Positions 28,762 to 39,050 of a DNA stretch of 64,000 nt are shown one piece after another (position 1 is the stretch's first letter; each line of letters begins with the position of its first letter). The stretch is from Spirochaetia bacterium. GTDB taxonomy: Bacteria; Spirochaetota; Spirochaetia; CAKZLE01. The DNA lies in the NCBI GenBank assembly GCA_963677595.1, contig OY782041.1:3744001-3808000 (forward strand), given 5' to 3'. The notes beneath the pieces are model-generated. The model saw only the letters and a list, made by a program, of their open reading frames with translations. It was not told where the DNA came from and did not search any database. The position numbers were made by a program, and so were the translations under genes.

Positions 28762-30618
28762 ATGATAGTACCTATGAAGAAGATTTCGGTCTTCATGAAA
28801 GATGTAGAGAAAGTCACCGCACTTCGCCGCCTGCGCAAAATGGGCGTCATGCACATCAACGCGACGCGGGTGAAGTCGGAACGGATCGATGAGCTCAACA
28901 GGCACCGCGACGACTTCCGGAAGATCTGCGACAGGATCGGGGAGACCTACGATGAGGCGCTCAAGAAGAGCCAGCACCGTGTCGAGGAGGTGATCCGGTT
29001 CGAGGAAGCGCTCCACAAGCGGAAGCGGCTCCTCGAGAGCATCGCCGACGAGCACGAGCTCACCCTCAAGGTGATCGAGACAGAAGCCGAGATCGAGAGG
29101 ATCTCCTCCTGGGGAGATTTCTCGCCTGAGGACCTCAAGGCGCTCTCCGAGCACGGGATCGAGCTCACCCTTTATACCGTAAAGAACTCGGTGCTCGAGG
29201 AATCGGATGATTTCGAGTTCATCAGGCTGCATGAGGGGAAACATGCCTCCTCCATCGCCGTTCTGGGCAGGAAACTGCCGACGAACCCCGAATTCCATCA
29301 GTTCCAGCTTCCCCGGAAGAGCCTTTCTGAGTTGAGGACCTCCATCGAGTTCTACCAGCAGGGCATCAAGCAGATCCATGGGCTGTTCATCGACGAGGCC
29401 CGCTACCTCATCTGCTACCGGGACATCATCCGGCGGATCGATGAGGAACTCATCTTCGAGTCAGCCCATTACAGCATGGACGGCAACGGCGATATCGCCT
29501 GGATCACCGGTTTCATGCCGGAAGAGCGGCAGCAGGATCTCATGGAGCTTGCCAGGAAAGAATCCTGGGGACTCCTGATAGATGACGTGAAGGAAGGAGA
29601 CCAGGTACCGACCCAGCTCAAGAACAACCGGGTCGTCAGGATGATCGAGCCGATCTTCGACATCCTCGGGATCGTACCCGGCTATCGTGAGTACGACCTG
29701 AGCCTCTTCTTCCTGCTCTTCTTCTCGGTGTTCTTCGCCATGATCATCGGAGATGCCGGCTACGGCCTCATCTTCCTTTCAGGAGCCGTTGGGCTTCATA
29801 TAGCGACAAGGAAGATGACCGAACCGCTGAAGCTCATCTATGTGCTCAGCACGACGACGGTCATCTGGGGGGCGGTGACCGGTACCTGGTTCGGGTCTGA
29901 TGCACTGCTCGAGTCAGTGCCGCTGCTTAAACGCCTCGTCATCCCGACGATAGCCACCTTCCCGGAGCTCTTTGAGGTCACATCGAAAGAAGCCCAGATG
30001 AGTGTCATCTTCATCAGCTTCGTCCTCGGTATCGTGCAGCTGAGCATCGCCTGCATCATCAACTTCTTCCGGGAACTCCCTGAACTGAAGTCACTTGCAC
30101 AGCTTGGCTGGATGCTCATGCTCATCGGGCTCTACTTCCTGGTGCTGAACCTGGTCATCGGTATCGACTTCCCGGCATTCGCGCAGTACCTGATCGTGAT
30201 CGGCCTGGCCGTATTCGTGCTCTTCTCACAGCAAGAGAAGGGGAAATCAGTCATCAAGGGCATGCTCTCAGGCCTTGCAGGCCTGTTCAACACCTTCCTT
30301 GATGCGATCAGCGGCTTCTCGAACATCATATCGTACATCAGGCTCTTCGCTGTCGGTATGGCCTCGGTAGCCATCGCCTCGAGCTTCAATGAGATGGCTG
30401 CCCCGATGCTCGGGGGCTGGACGATCCCCGCAGCCATCCTGATCCTTGTCTTCGGTCATGGTCTCAACCTGATCATGGGCCTGTTATCGGTGGTCGTACA
30501 TGGGATACGACTCAATATGTTGGAGTTTTCCGGTCAGCTTGGAATGGAATGGACCGGTATCAAATATGAACCTTTTAAAGAGACGATCGACTCCTCTTTA
30601 GAAGAAACGAGTAATTAA
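28762..30618 (+). CDS. atpI: V/A-type ATP synthase subunit I (a)
   Basis: MIVPMKK, PGYREYD, GDAGYG, SYIRLFAVG, HGIRLNMLEF; multiple transmembrane helices. Confidence 0.96.
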   Translation: MIVPMKKISVFMKDVEKVTALRRLRKMGVMHINATRVKSERIDELNRHRDDFRKICDRIGETYDEALKKSQHRVEEVIRFEEALHKRKRLLESIADEHELTLKVIETEAEIERISSWGDFSPEDLKALSEHGIELTLYTVKNSVLEESDDFEFIRLHEGKHASSIAVLGRKLPTNPEFHQFQLPRKSLSELRTSIEFYQQGIKQIHGLFIDEARYLICYRDIIRRIDEELIFESAHYSMDGNGDIAWITGFMPEERQQDLMELARKESWGLLIDDVKEGDQVPTQLKNNRVVRMIEPIFDILGIVPGYREYDLSLFFLLFFSVFFAMIIGDAGYGLIFLSGAVGLHIATRKMTEPLKLIYVLSTTTVIWGAVTGTWFGSDALLESVPLLKRLVIPTIATFPELFEVTSKEAQMSVIFISFVLGIVQLSIACIINFFRELPELKSLAQLGWMLMLIGLYFLVLNLVIGIDFPAFAQYLIVIGLAVFVLFSQQEKGKSVIKGMLSGLAGLFNTFLDAISGFSNIISYIRLFAVGMASVAIASSFNEMAAPMLGGWTIPAAILILVFGHGLNLIMGLLSVVVHGIRLNMLEFSGQLGMEWTGIKYEPFKETIDSSLEETSN

Positions 30619-30636
30619 TTAGGAAAGGAGATATGT

Positions 30637-31065
30637 ATGGGTTTTAATTTTGGAGATCTTGGTCCCGCTGCAGCTCTATGTCTTGCAGCAGTCGGTTCTG
30701 CCCTGGGAGCCGGGTTCGCGGCTCAGGCTGCCGTCGGAGGTTGGAAGAAATGTTTCGCTAACAACAAACCTGCTCCGTTCATGCTCGTCGCGTTCGCAGG
30801 GGCTCCCCTGACACAGACGATCTACGGGTTCCTGCTGATGAACTTCATCTCCGGCAGTACCCAGGAGGCCGGGATCAAACTCGCTGCCGGCTTGTTCGGT
30901 GGTTTGGCCATGGGTGCTTCTGCCATGATGCAGGGTAAGGCTGCAGCCAGTGCCGCAGCGGCTCTCAGTGAGACCGGTAAGGGTACTGCCAACTACTTCA
31001 TGGTACTCGGTATCGTCGAGACGGTGGCACTCTTCGTCATGGTCTTCCTGATGCTGACCCTGTAG
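30637..31065 (+). CDS. atpK: V/A-type ATP synthase subunit K (four-helix proteolipid)
   Basis: Hydrophobic, 142 aa; PLTQTIYG, QGKAA, IVETVALF. Confidence 0.95.
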   Translation: MGFNFGDLGPAAALCLAAVGSALGAGFAAQAAVGGWKKCFANNKPAPFMLVAFAGAPLTQTIYGFLLMNFISGSTQEAGIKLAAGLFGGLAMGASAMMQGKAAASAAAALSETGKGTANYFMVLGIVETVALFVMVFLMLTL

Positions 31066-31087
31066 GAAGCGATTTCTTTTAGAAAAT

Positions 31088-31118
31088 GGTTGTATCATTC
31101 GGTACAACCTTTTTTTTT
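31088..31118 (+). terminator. Intrinsic terminator after the ATPase operon
   Basis: GGTTGTATC-attc-GGTACAACC followed by nine T. Confidence 0.85.
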
Positions 31119-31140
31119 ATTGTGGTATATTTCTCTTAGT

Positions 31141-32205
31141 ATGGTAAGACAGAGAACAAGAGAAGTGAACATAGGCCCCCTCACGATCGGCGGGAACCAT
31201 CCCGTAGCCGTGCAGACGATGTGGGACCGTCCCGTAGAGGACGCTGCCGCTGTCGTCACCGAGCTGAACAGCCTCGCAGCCATCGGCTGCGACCTCGTCA
31301 GGTTCTCGGTAGAGCATGAGGATGCGCTCATCCCCCTTGGCTACATCCATGAGCATGCGTCCATACCGGTCGTTGCCGATATCCATTTCAACTACCGGCA
31401 TGCACTCGCGGCATTGAAGCTCGGTATCCCCAAGATCCGGATCAATCCCGGGAATATCGGGGCCGAATGGAAGGTCGTCGAGGTCATCGAGGCTGCACGT
31501 GCTGCCGGCAGTGCCATAAGGATCGGGATCAACGGCGGGTCACTGCCGAGGGCCTATAAGCAGGCAGAGGACCGTGCTGCTGCCATGATCGAAGTCATCG
31601 ACGGCTACCTCGAACTCTTCGAGCGGCACCGGTTCGACCAGCTCGTCGTCTCCCTGAAGGATTCGGACCCGCTCACCTGTTATGAGGTGAACAGGCGATT
31701 CGCATCAGCCTATGACATACCGCTCCACATCGGTGTCACCGAGGCAGGGCCGCTCATCCCCGCAGTCACGAAGAGTGCGTTCGCCCTCGGGAAACTCCTC
31801 GAGGAGGGTATCGGCGATACCCTGCGCATATCGATCACGGGGGACATACGCAGTGAGGTCATCGCCGGGAAGGAACTCCTGAAGGCTGTCGGGAGGTATT
31901 CCGGCGGTGTGCGCATCATCTCCTGTCCACGGTGCGGCAGGGCAGGATTCAATACCCATGATTTCATCGAGAGCATAAGTGAGCGTCTCGAACAGATACC
32001 CGAGTCGGTCTCGATCGCCGTGATGGGATGTGCCGTGAACGGCCCGGGAGAGGCGTCCCATGCCGACCTCGGCATTACCGGCTATGGGAATGAGGTGGTC
32101 ATCTTCTCACATGGTGAGATCTCCGCCCGCGTCACAACCGAAGAGGCTGAGCGTAGATTCTTTGAGGAACTGGAAGCGATACTGAATGAAAAAGATCATC
32201 ATTAA
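31141..32205 (+). CDS. ispG: HMBPP synthase IspG (GcpE)
   Basis: VADIHF, RINPGNIG, HIGVTEAG, GDTLRIS, SCPRCGR, MGCAVNGPGEA. Confidence 0.97.
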   Translation: MVRQRTREVNIGPLTIGGNHPVAVQTMWDRPVEDAAAVVTELNSLAAIGCDLVRFSVEHEDALIPLGYIHEHASIPVVADIHFNYRHALAALKLGIPKIRINPGNIGAEWKVVEVIEAARAAGSAIRIGINGGSLPRAYKQAEDRAAAMIEVIDGYLELFERHRFDQLVVSLKDSDPLTCYEVNRRFASAYDIPLHIGVTEAGPLIPAVTKSAFALGKLLEEGIGDTLRISITGDIRSEVIAGKELLKAVGRYSGGVRIISCPRCGRAGFNTHDFIESISERLEQIPESVSIAVMGCAVNGPGEASHADLGITGYGNEVVIFSHGEISARVTTEEAERRFFEELEAILNEKDHH

Positions 32206-35014
32206 AGGTGCGAAAGAGCACAACCTGCAGAATATAGACTTGGAACTCGAACGTGACCGGCTCATCGTCGTCTCCGGCATCAGCGGGTCCGGCAAGTCAT
32301 CCCTTGCCTTCGACACGATCTTCGCCGAGGGACAGCGGCGGTATGTCGAGTCCCTGTCGGCCTATGCGAGACAGTTCCTCGGCAGGCTCGAGAAACCTGA
32401 TGTGGAGTATATCGAGGGGCTCTCCCCCTCGATCGCGATAGAACAGAAGACGACGCACAAGAATCCCCGTTCCACCGTGGGGACCGTGACCGAGATCTAC
32501 GACTACTATCGACTGCTCTGGGCGAGGATCGGCGTCCCGCATTGCCCGAAGTGCGGCAAGCCGATCCAGGAGCAGTCCATCGACCAGATCGTCGAGCTCG
32601 TGAGTGAGTACCCGGAGAATTCCAGGCTGATGCTCCTCTCCCCGGTCATCCTCGGGAAGAAGGGGGAGCACCAGAAGGTCATCGATGATGCGAAGCGCTC
32701 CGGTTTCGCACGGGCCAGGATTGACGGGGAGCTCATCGAGCTATCCGATGAGATCAAGCTGGACAAGAAACGGAAGCATACGATCGAGATCGTGGTCGAC
32801 CGGGTCATCCTCAAGGAGGAGAACCATAAACGGCTCGTGAGTTCGATCGAGTCAGCACTGGAACTCTCAGACGGCATCGTCACGGTCGTGCAGATGCTTG
32901 CCGATGGTTCTATGGCCAGTGAGACCTTCTCCGAGAAGAACTCCTGCACTGACTGCGGCATCAGCATACCTGAGCTCGAGCCGAGGCTCTTCTCGTTCAA
33001 CAACCCCTTCGGGGCATGTCCTGCCTGCAACGGTATCGGTTCGGTCACCTCCTTCGACCCCGAGCTGCTCATCCCCGACAGGAGCCTCTCCTTCAACGAG
33101 GGGGGGATCGCCTCGATGAACCCCGATGCAGCCTGGAACCGTTCGCTCATGCAGTCCTTCTCGAAGCACTTCGGCTTCACCCTCGATACCCCGCTCTCAG
33201 ACATCGGGGACGATATCTTCTCGAAGATGCTCTACGGAACGGACGAGAAGATCCATATCACCTACCGCAATGAGAAGAACAACGGGACCTATGAGTACGA
33301 GAAGGAGTTTCCCGGGATCATCAATGACCTGAAGCGCCGGTACTACGAGACGAGCTCCCAGGGAATCAGGAAGTGGATGGACTCCTTCATGACAGGTGAT
33401 GACTGCCACGCCTGCTCAGGGAAGCGGCTCAGGCCGGAGGCCCTTGCCGTCCTCATCGAGGGAAAGAACATCATGGATATATCGGCGCTGTCAGTCAAGG
33501 AGGCTCTCGTCTACTTCAACAGCCTCGAGCTGTCAGTGACCAATGCCAAGATCAGCGAGCAGATCCTCAAGGAGATCCGAGAACGGCTCTTCTTCCTCGA
33601 GCAGGTAGGTCTTGACTATCTTACCCTCGACCGTGCTGCAGGGACGCTCTCAGGCGGGGAGGCCCAGAGGATACGGCTCGCTACCCAGATCGGTTCCTCG
33701 CTCACCGGTGTCCTCTATGTACTCGATGAGCCCTCGATCGGGCTTCACCAGCGCGACAACATGAGGCTCATCGATACCCTGAAGCGGCTTAGGGACATCG
33801 GGAACACGCTCATCGTCGTCGAGCATGATGAGTCCACTCTCCGGGAGGCCGATTATATCGTGGATCTCGGTCCCGGTGCAGGGGTGCACGGGGGAAGGGT
33901 CATCGCACAGGGTACGCCTGAGGAAGTGTCTGCAAACCCGGAGAGCATCACCGGGCAGTTTTTAAGCGGCAGGATCTCCATCCCGGTCCCCGAAGTTCGC
34001 CGGGAAGGGAACGGGAAGTGGGTCACGGTCTACAATGCGAGAAGGAATAACCTGAAAGGTATCGATGCCTCCTTCCCCCTCGGGAAGCTCACGATCATCT
34101 CCGGTGTGTCAGGGTCGGGCAAGTCGACCCTGCTCAACGAGATCCTCTTCCCGGCACTCCAGGCACGATTGCAGAAGCGATCCCTGCACAACATCGGCTG
34201 TGACGGGATCGAGGGGCTCGAGCATATCGACAAGGTCATCAATATAGACCAGAACCCCATCGGGAGGACCCCGAGGTCCAACCCGGCGACCTATGTGGGA
34301 CTCTTCACCCCGATCCGCGAACTCTTCGCCTCGCTGCCTGAATCGAAGGCCCGGGGGTACAAGCCGGGGAGGTTCTCCTTCAACGTCAAAGGCGGGAGAT
34401 GCGAGAACTGCCAGGGTGACGGGACGCTCAAGATCGAGATGCAGTTCCTCCCAGATGTCTACGTCACCTGCGATGTCTGCGGCGGGAAGCGTTTCAACAA
34501 GGAGACGCTCGAGGTCAGGTACAAGGGGAAGAACATCCATGACGTGCTCGACATGACTGTCGAGCAGGCCCACGAGTTCTTCTCTGCGATACCGGCTGTC
34601 AGGCATAAGCTCGAGATGCTCATGTCCGTCGGGCTCGAGTACATCAAGCTCGGGCAGTCAGCCCTGACGCTCTCCGGCGGGGAGGCCCAGCGGGTGAAGC
34701 TCAGCCTCGAACTCTCGAAGCGAAGCACCGGCAAGACGTTCTACATCATAGACGAACCGACTACCGGGCTCCACTTCGCCGACATCAAGCGGCTCATGGA
34801 GGTGATCCACCGCCTGGTGGACATGGGGAACACGGTCGTGCTGATCGAGCACAACCTCGATGTCCTCAAGGTCGCTGACCACATCATCGACCTCGGCCCG
34901 GAAGGCGGCGACAGAGGAGGGACGATCCTCTGCGAAGGCACTCCTGAGAATGTCTGCGCATGTGAGCGCTCCTATACGGGCGCTTATCTCTCAAAGGTCC
35001 TGCATGAACGCTAG
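32186..35014 (+). CDS. uvrA: Excinuclease ABC subunit A
   Basis: Two ABC domains (GSGKSSLAFDT, LSGGEAQRIRL; GSGKSTL, LSGGEAQRVKL) and zinc fingers. Confidence 0.99.
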   Translation: MKKIIIKGAKEHNLQNIDLELERDRLIVVSGISGSGKSSLAFDTIFAEGQRRYVESLSAYARQFLGRLEKPDVEYIEGLSPSIAIEQKTTHKNPRSTVGTVTEIYDYYRLLWARIGVPHCPKCGKPIQEQSIDQIVELVSEYPENSRLMLLSPVILGKKGEHQKVIDDAKRSGFARARIDGELIELSDEIKLDKKRKHTIEIVVDRVILKEENHKRLVSSIESALELSDGIVTVVQMLADGSMASETFSEKNSCTDCGISIPELEPRLFSFNNPFGACPACNGIGSVTSFDPELLIPDRSLSFNEGGIASMNPDAAWNRSLMQSFSKHFGFTLDTPLSDIGDDIFSKMLYGTDEKIHITYRNEKNNGTYEYEKEFPGIINDLKRRYYETSSQGIRKWMDSFMTGDDCHACSGKRLRPEALAVLIEGKNIMDISALSVKEALVYFNSLELSVTNAKISEQILKEIRERLFFLEQVGLDYLTLDRAAGTLSGGEAQRIRLATQIGSSLTGVLYVLDEPSIGLHQRDNMRLIDTLKRLRDIGNTLIVVEHDESTLREADYIVDLGPGAGVHGGRVIAQGTPEEVSANPESITGQFLSGRISIPVPEVRREGNGKWVTVYNARRNNLKGIDASFPLGKLTIISGVSGSGKSTLLNEILFPALQARLQKRSLHNIGCDGIEGLEHIDKVINIDQNPIGRTPRSNPATYVGLFTPIRELFASLPESKARGYKPGRFSFNVKGGRCENCQGDGTLKIEMQFLPDVYVTCDVCGGKRFNKETLEVRYKGKNIHDVLDMTVEQAHEFFSAIPAVRHKLEMLMSVGLEYIKLGQSALTLSGGEAQRVKLSLELSKRSTGKTFYIIDEPTTGLHFADIKRLMEVIHRLVDMGNTVVLIEHNLDVLKVADHIIDLGPEGGDRGGTILCEGTPENVCACERSYTGAYLSKVLHER

Positions 35015-38000
35015 AAGGATACTGCTCATTGGGATGACAGTCCTGCTTCTCATACCGGCTGCCCTCTTCGCAGCCGGGGAGGAGCATCTCCTTGAGAGTT
35101 ACGCCTTCGATATAGCTTACTCTACGCTCCAGGAACTGCGGGCATGGACCGAACGGCTTGGCCTGCGCAGTGACCTGCCCCCTTCAGGACTGCGAAAGGA
35201 GCTCTATACCCATTACGGGATAGACCAGGGGGAATACCAGCTTTCCAGTGGTGACGAGAGCGTGCTGAAAGTCACCATCACCCATGCGGACACCGTGAGC
35301 TATGAGTCCTACATTCGTCTCTCCGGCAATGTCTCGGTCACGATAAGCGACTCCCAGAGCGGGAGCGAGACCTCCCTCTCGGCTGACACGGTCATCCTTG
35401 ACAATGACCGGAAACAGCTCACCGCGATCGGGACGGTCAGGATCGAGGCCCTGCGGGACAAGGAGCAGACGCTCTACACCGCCGATACCATCCTCATAGG
35501 ATATGAGGACATGGACGGCATCTTCAGCAATGCCGTCACGCGTTCTGACCGGGTCAACAGCGAGGAGGATACCATCGAGTTCTACCTCACCGGGAAGCGG
35601 GTCGACCTGAAGGATGGTACCATGCTCCTCGAGGAGAGCTTCCTCACCTCCGATGTGGATAACTCCTACTACGGCCTGCGTGCCGCGAGGATGAAGGCCC
35701 TGCCTGACGGGGACTGGTTCCTCGAGCATGCGGTCCTGACCCTCGGGCGGGTGCCGATCCTCTATCTTCCGTTCTTCTTCTACCCGTCGAACACCTTTGC
35801 CTTCCACCCCTCCTTCGGCTATGATACCGACCGCGGCTGGTTCCTCAATACCAGTACATCGCTGCTCGGTGACGGGCTGGAGAAGCCGGATGGGGAGGAG
35901 TCCTCGTTCTCCTCGTTCATGAGGATGCGTGATATAGCGACGACGCCATACACGAGTTTTGACGGGATGATCCTGACCTACCAGGATGAACCGCAGAACG
36001 ACCTGCAGGAGTGGGCGCATGATACGGATTCGTTCGTGAACCTCTATGCCGATGTGTTCGGTGATACCGGACTGCAGGTTACCCTCGATTCACAATTCAA
36101 GGAGCTGCTCTTCGTCGATGAGCTCTCGCTGTATACCGGGGCAGGCTACGCGGGGAGCAGCGACCTGCGGTACCTGACGGAACTCTCCGCCGCGATAGAC
36201 CAGGACCACCTCGATTTCTCTCTTGAGATGCCGCTCTACTCAGACCCGGACGTGAGGCGTGACCTGCTCACGAGGAAATCCTATTTCAAGCTTGACGATA
36301 TCTTCTCGCGTGACGCGTTCACCCAGAGTTTCTCAGATGTCGATGACTACTCCTGGACGCTTGAGGCCGATGGGAGCTGGGAGGTGAAAGCCATCTCTCC
36401 CTACATCAGGAAGATCACGTTGTCTTCCCTCGATGCGGAGATCTCCTGGGATGATTACGATACGACCACGAAGGAGTATGTGATCGACTCGGTGGTGCTG
36501 CCCGACGGGTCGCTCACGGTCACCGGGACCCTCCTGGACCTGAGTTTCGGTGAGGCGCAGGCTGCAGAGGAGGATTCTCCCGGCAAGCAGGACCTCGGGG
36601 ACTATACCCTCGACTTCTCCCCCGCACCCACCAGCAGGGAAGAACCTGCCGAGACGGTTGAAGAGCAGCTGCTGCCGGACAGGGAAGCTGATGCCAGGCT
36701 CCCGTCAGCCACCCTGGAACTCACCCCGCAGACCTCGGTACCCCTCGGGATCTCCTTGGGCTACGAGATCAAGGAACTCTACAAGAACCAGCTCTTCTTC
36801 GATTCGGCAGACCTCTCCTACCAGGATGTGGACCAGCGGGTGAGCGGGGAGTTGGACCTTGGCCTCGAGCTCTTCGAGGAGCTCCTGTCGTTCTCGGGAA
36901 CCTTTTCCCCTGTGTTCGATATCGAGCACCGGAACAGTTTCGTCGATACCGTCGACCCCTACCATGAGGAGGATACCTTCCTCATCGGGGATCTCAAGGT
37001 TTCCAGCAGGATCCTCGACCTCTCCTACCAGTATTCGTCATACCTCTACAACACCGACCCAGATGATGAGACCGTGCTCAAGCACCGCCTGTCCCTGTCC
37101 CAGAGGGTAGGTGAGGATGAGAGGTATCTCAAGCTCTCCCTCAGGTGGGACCTGCCGCCCCTCGATTCCGTCATCACCCCGTCGGTTTCCCTGCGCTACG
37201 GCAGCAGCGACCTCTCGTTGTCGACAGCGGTATCCTATGATGACCTGCTCGGGACCTACGAGCTCGACCCCATCTCAGTGAAATACGGCTATACCTTCGA
37301 TAACGGTTCGAAGGTCTCCCTTACCTATGACCATGACCTTGATGTGCTCGCCGACTCCATGCTGACCGCGGCACATACCATCTCCCTCGGTGAGGATCTC
37401 TCCCTCAGCGGGGGGTGGTACTTCGACATCTACGAGGACCTCTTCGATTCCGGCTGGGCAAGACTTACCTATGAGAAGGCCTATGCCTCCTTCTGGTTCG
37501 AGAACATCCTCACGCCCACCGCCTATTTCGATACCGGCTTATCCCTCACGAAGTTCAAGGTGGATACCGGTGAGATCTCATTCTTCCAGAGGGCTTGGAA
37601 GGACCGGATCGGTATCGAAGCGGGCTTCGAGAGTTCCTGGTACCTCGATCTGACCGACTTCTATGACAACAGCCTCGATTTCAGGTTCTTCTGCAACTTC
37701 AGCATCGCCGAGTTCCTCGACCTTACCTTCTCCTCCACATCGAAGAACAGTGCGACCTATACCTATTTCCCGGCCTTCAATGACGGTACGACCCCGGGAT
37801 TCCTGGAAGATCTGCTGCTCTCATTCAACTTCTTCAACCGTGATGACCGCCTTGCGTCCAATTTCAACCTTGATTCTCTGCAAGTTGGTATAGTACATTA
37901 CATGAAGGACTGGGATATCCATGCTGATATTATCGGGGGAATAGGGTATAATGATACGAAGAGCACATGGGAGTGGCAGCCGAAGGTCTCCTTCTATGTG

Positions 38001-38084
38001 CAGTGGAAAGCGATCCCCGAACTGGATTTCCAGACCTCCGTCGAGAAGGATGACGATGATACATTCACGCTCGACGTGAAGTAA
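35004..38084 (+). CDS. lptD: LptD-like outer-membrane assembly protein, spirochaete type
   Basis: Signal peptide from ATG 35004; OstA-like N-terminal region; GRVPILYLPFF.YP...P.FGY...RG.F motif; aromatic beta-strand-rich C-terminus; follows uvrA. Confidence 0.75.
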   Translation: MNARRILLIGMTVLLLIPAALFAAGEEHLLESYAFDIAYSTLQELRAWTERLGLRSDLPPSGLRKELYTHYGIDQGEYQLSSGDESVLKVTITHADTVSYESYIRLSGNVSVTISDSQSGSETSLSADTVILDNDRKQLTAIGTVRIEALRDKEQTLYTADTILIGYEDMDGIFSNAVTRSDRVNSEEDTIEFYLTGKRVDLKDGTMLLEESFLTSDVDNSYYGLRAARMKALPDGDWFLEHAVLTLGRVPILYLPFFFYPSNTFAFHPSFGYDTDRGWFLNTSTSLLGDGLEKPDGEESSFSSFMRMRDIATTPYTSFDGMILTYQDEPQNDLQEWAHDTDSFVNLYADVFGDTGLQVTLDSQFKELLFVDELSLYTGAGYAGSSDLRYLTELSAAIDQDHLDFSLEMPLYSDPDVRRDLLTRKSYFKLDDIFSRDAFTQSFSDVDDYSWTLEADGSWEVKAISPYIRKITLSSLDAEISWDDYDTTTKEYVIDSVVLPDGSLTVTGTLLDLSFGEAQAAEEDSPGKQDLGDYTLDFSPAPTSREEPAETVEEQLLPDREADARLPSATLELTPQTSVPLGISLGYEIKELYKNQLFFDSADLSYQDVDQRVSGELDLGLELFEELLSFSGTFSPVFDIEHRNSFVDTVDPYHEEDTFLIGDLKVSSRILDLSYQYSSYLYNTDPDDETVLKHRLSLSQRVGEDERYLKLSLRWDLPPLDSVITPSVSLRYGSSDLSLSTAVSYDDLLGTYELDPISVKYGYTFDNGSKVSLTYDHDLDVLADSMLTAAHTISLGEDLSLSGGWYFDIYEDLFDSGWARLTYEKAYASFWFENILTPTAYFDTGLSLTKFKVDTGEISFFQRAWKDRIGIEAGFESSWYLDLTDFYDNSLDFRFFCNFSIAEFLDLTFSSTSKNSATYTYFPAFNDGTTPGFLEDLLLSFNFFNRDDRLASNFNLDSLQVGIVHYMKDWDIHADIIGGIGYNDTKSTWEWQPKVSFYVQWKAIPELDFQTSVEKDDDDTFTLDVK

Positions 38085-38096
38085 TAAGGAGTTTCT

Positions 38097-39050
38097 TTGA
38101 AGATAGTCGTAGAAGATGCCGATATACTGCAGCAGCTGTGCGGGGCTGGCGATTCCCATCTGGGATCGATCGAGAAGCTGATCGGTGTGAGACTCAACTA
38201 CCGCGGGAACACGTTCGAGGTCCCGGACACGCTCGATGAGCCACGGAAGGAATTGGTCCGTTCCCTCTTCTCACAGATGGTGCGGTTCATCTCCGAGGGG
38301 TTCGAGCTCGATGAATACCAGATCAACCTCATCTACCATGACCTGCTGCCTGATGGGTTCTACGAGAACGGCGGTGAAGCTCGTCAGTTCGCCCTCGTCG
38401 CTGGCAAGAAGATCCTTGCCAAGAGCCGCCACCAGCGTGATTACCTCAAGGCCATGGATGAGAACCAGGTAGTCTTCGGGATCGGCCCTGCCGGTACCGG
38501 CAAGACCTTCCTCGCGATCGCCAAGGCCCTGGAGTCCCTGCACGCCGGGGAGGTGAAGAAGATCGTCCTCACCAGGCCCGTCGTCGAGGCCGGGGAATCC
38601 CTCGGGTTCCTTCCCGGGGACCTCACGCAGAAGATCTCACCGTACCTCAAACCGCTCTATGATGCCATGGAGAACATGATCAGCCTGCATACGGTAAAGA
38701 AGATGGAGGAGCAGGGGGTCATCGAGATAGCCCCCTTAGCATATATGAGAGGGAGGAGTCTGCAGCAGGCGTTCATCATCCTTGACGAAGCTCAGAATTC
38801 TACGAAAGAACAGATGAAGATGTTCCTGACCAGGATCGGATTCGGGGCGAAGGCGGTCGTCACCGGCGACATCACACAGATCGACCTGCCGAAGAAGCAC
38901 AACTCTGGACTGCTCCATGCTTCCAGGCTGCTTCATGCGATCCCGGGCATCGAGAGTATCATGATGGATACCTCCGATGTGGTACGGAGCCTTCTCGTAA
39001 GAAGAATAATACATGCCTATGAAAAAGAGTCAGAAAAACAGGAGCGGTAG
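38097..39050 (+). CDS. phoH: PhoH-family ATPase
   Basis: GPAGTGKT, RPVVEAGESLGFLPGD, LAYMRGR, LDEAQN, GDITQIDLP. Confidence 0.95.
   Translation: MKIVVEDADILQQLCGAGDSHLGSIEKLIGVRLNYRGNTFEVPDTLDEPRKELVRSLFSQMVRFISEGFELDEYQINLIYHDLLPDGFYENGGEARQFALVAGKKILAKSRHQRDYLKAMDENQVVFGIGPAGTGKTFLAIAKALESLHAGEVKKIVLTRPVVEAGESLGFLPGDLTQKISPYLKPLYDAMENMISLHTVKKMEEQGVIEIAPLAYMRGRSLQQAFIILDEAQNSTKEQMKMFLTRIGFGAKAVVTGDITQIDLPKKHNSGLLHASRLLHAIPGIESIMMDTSDVVRSLLVRRIIHAYEKESEKQER

Noticed and set aside
34860-35003. Extended ORF-track starts for the lptD-like gene, the 12879 lipoprotein, folD (52669), ispG (31090) and aroB (16520)
   Set aside because: Downstream ATGs give proper signal peptides, ribosome-binding sites or family N-termini; the extensions overlap other genes, promoters or terminators.
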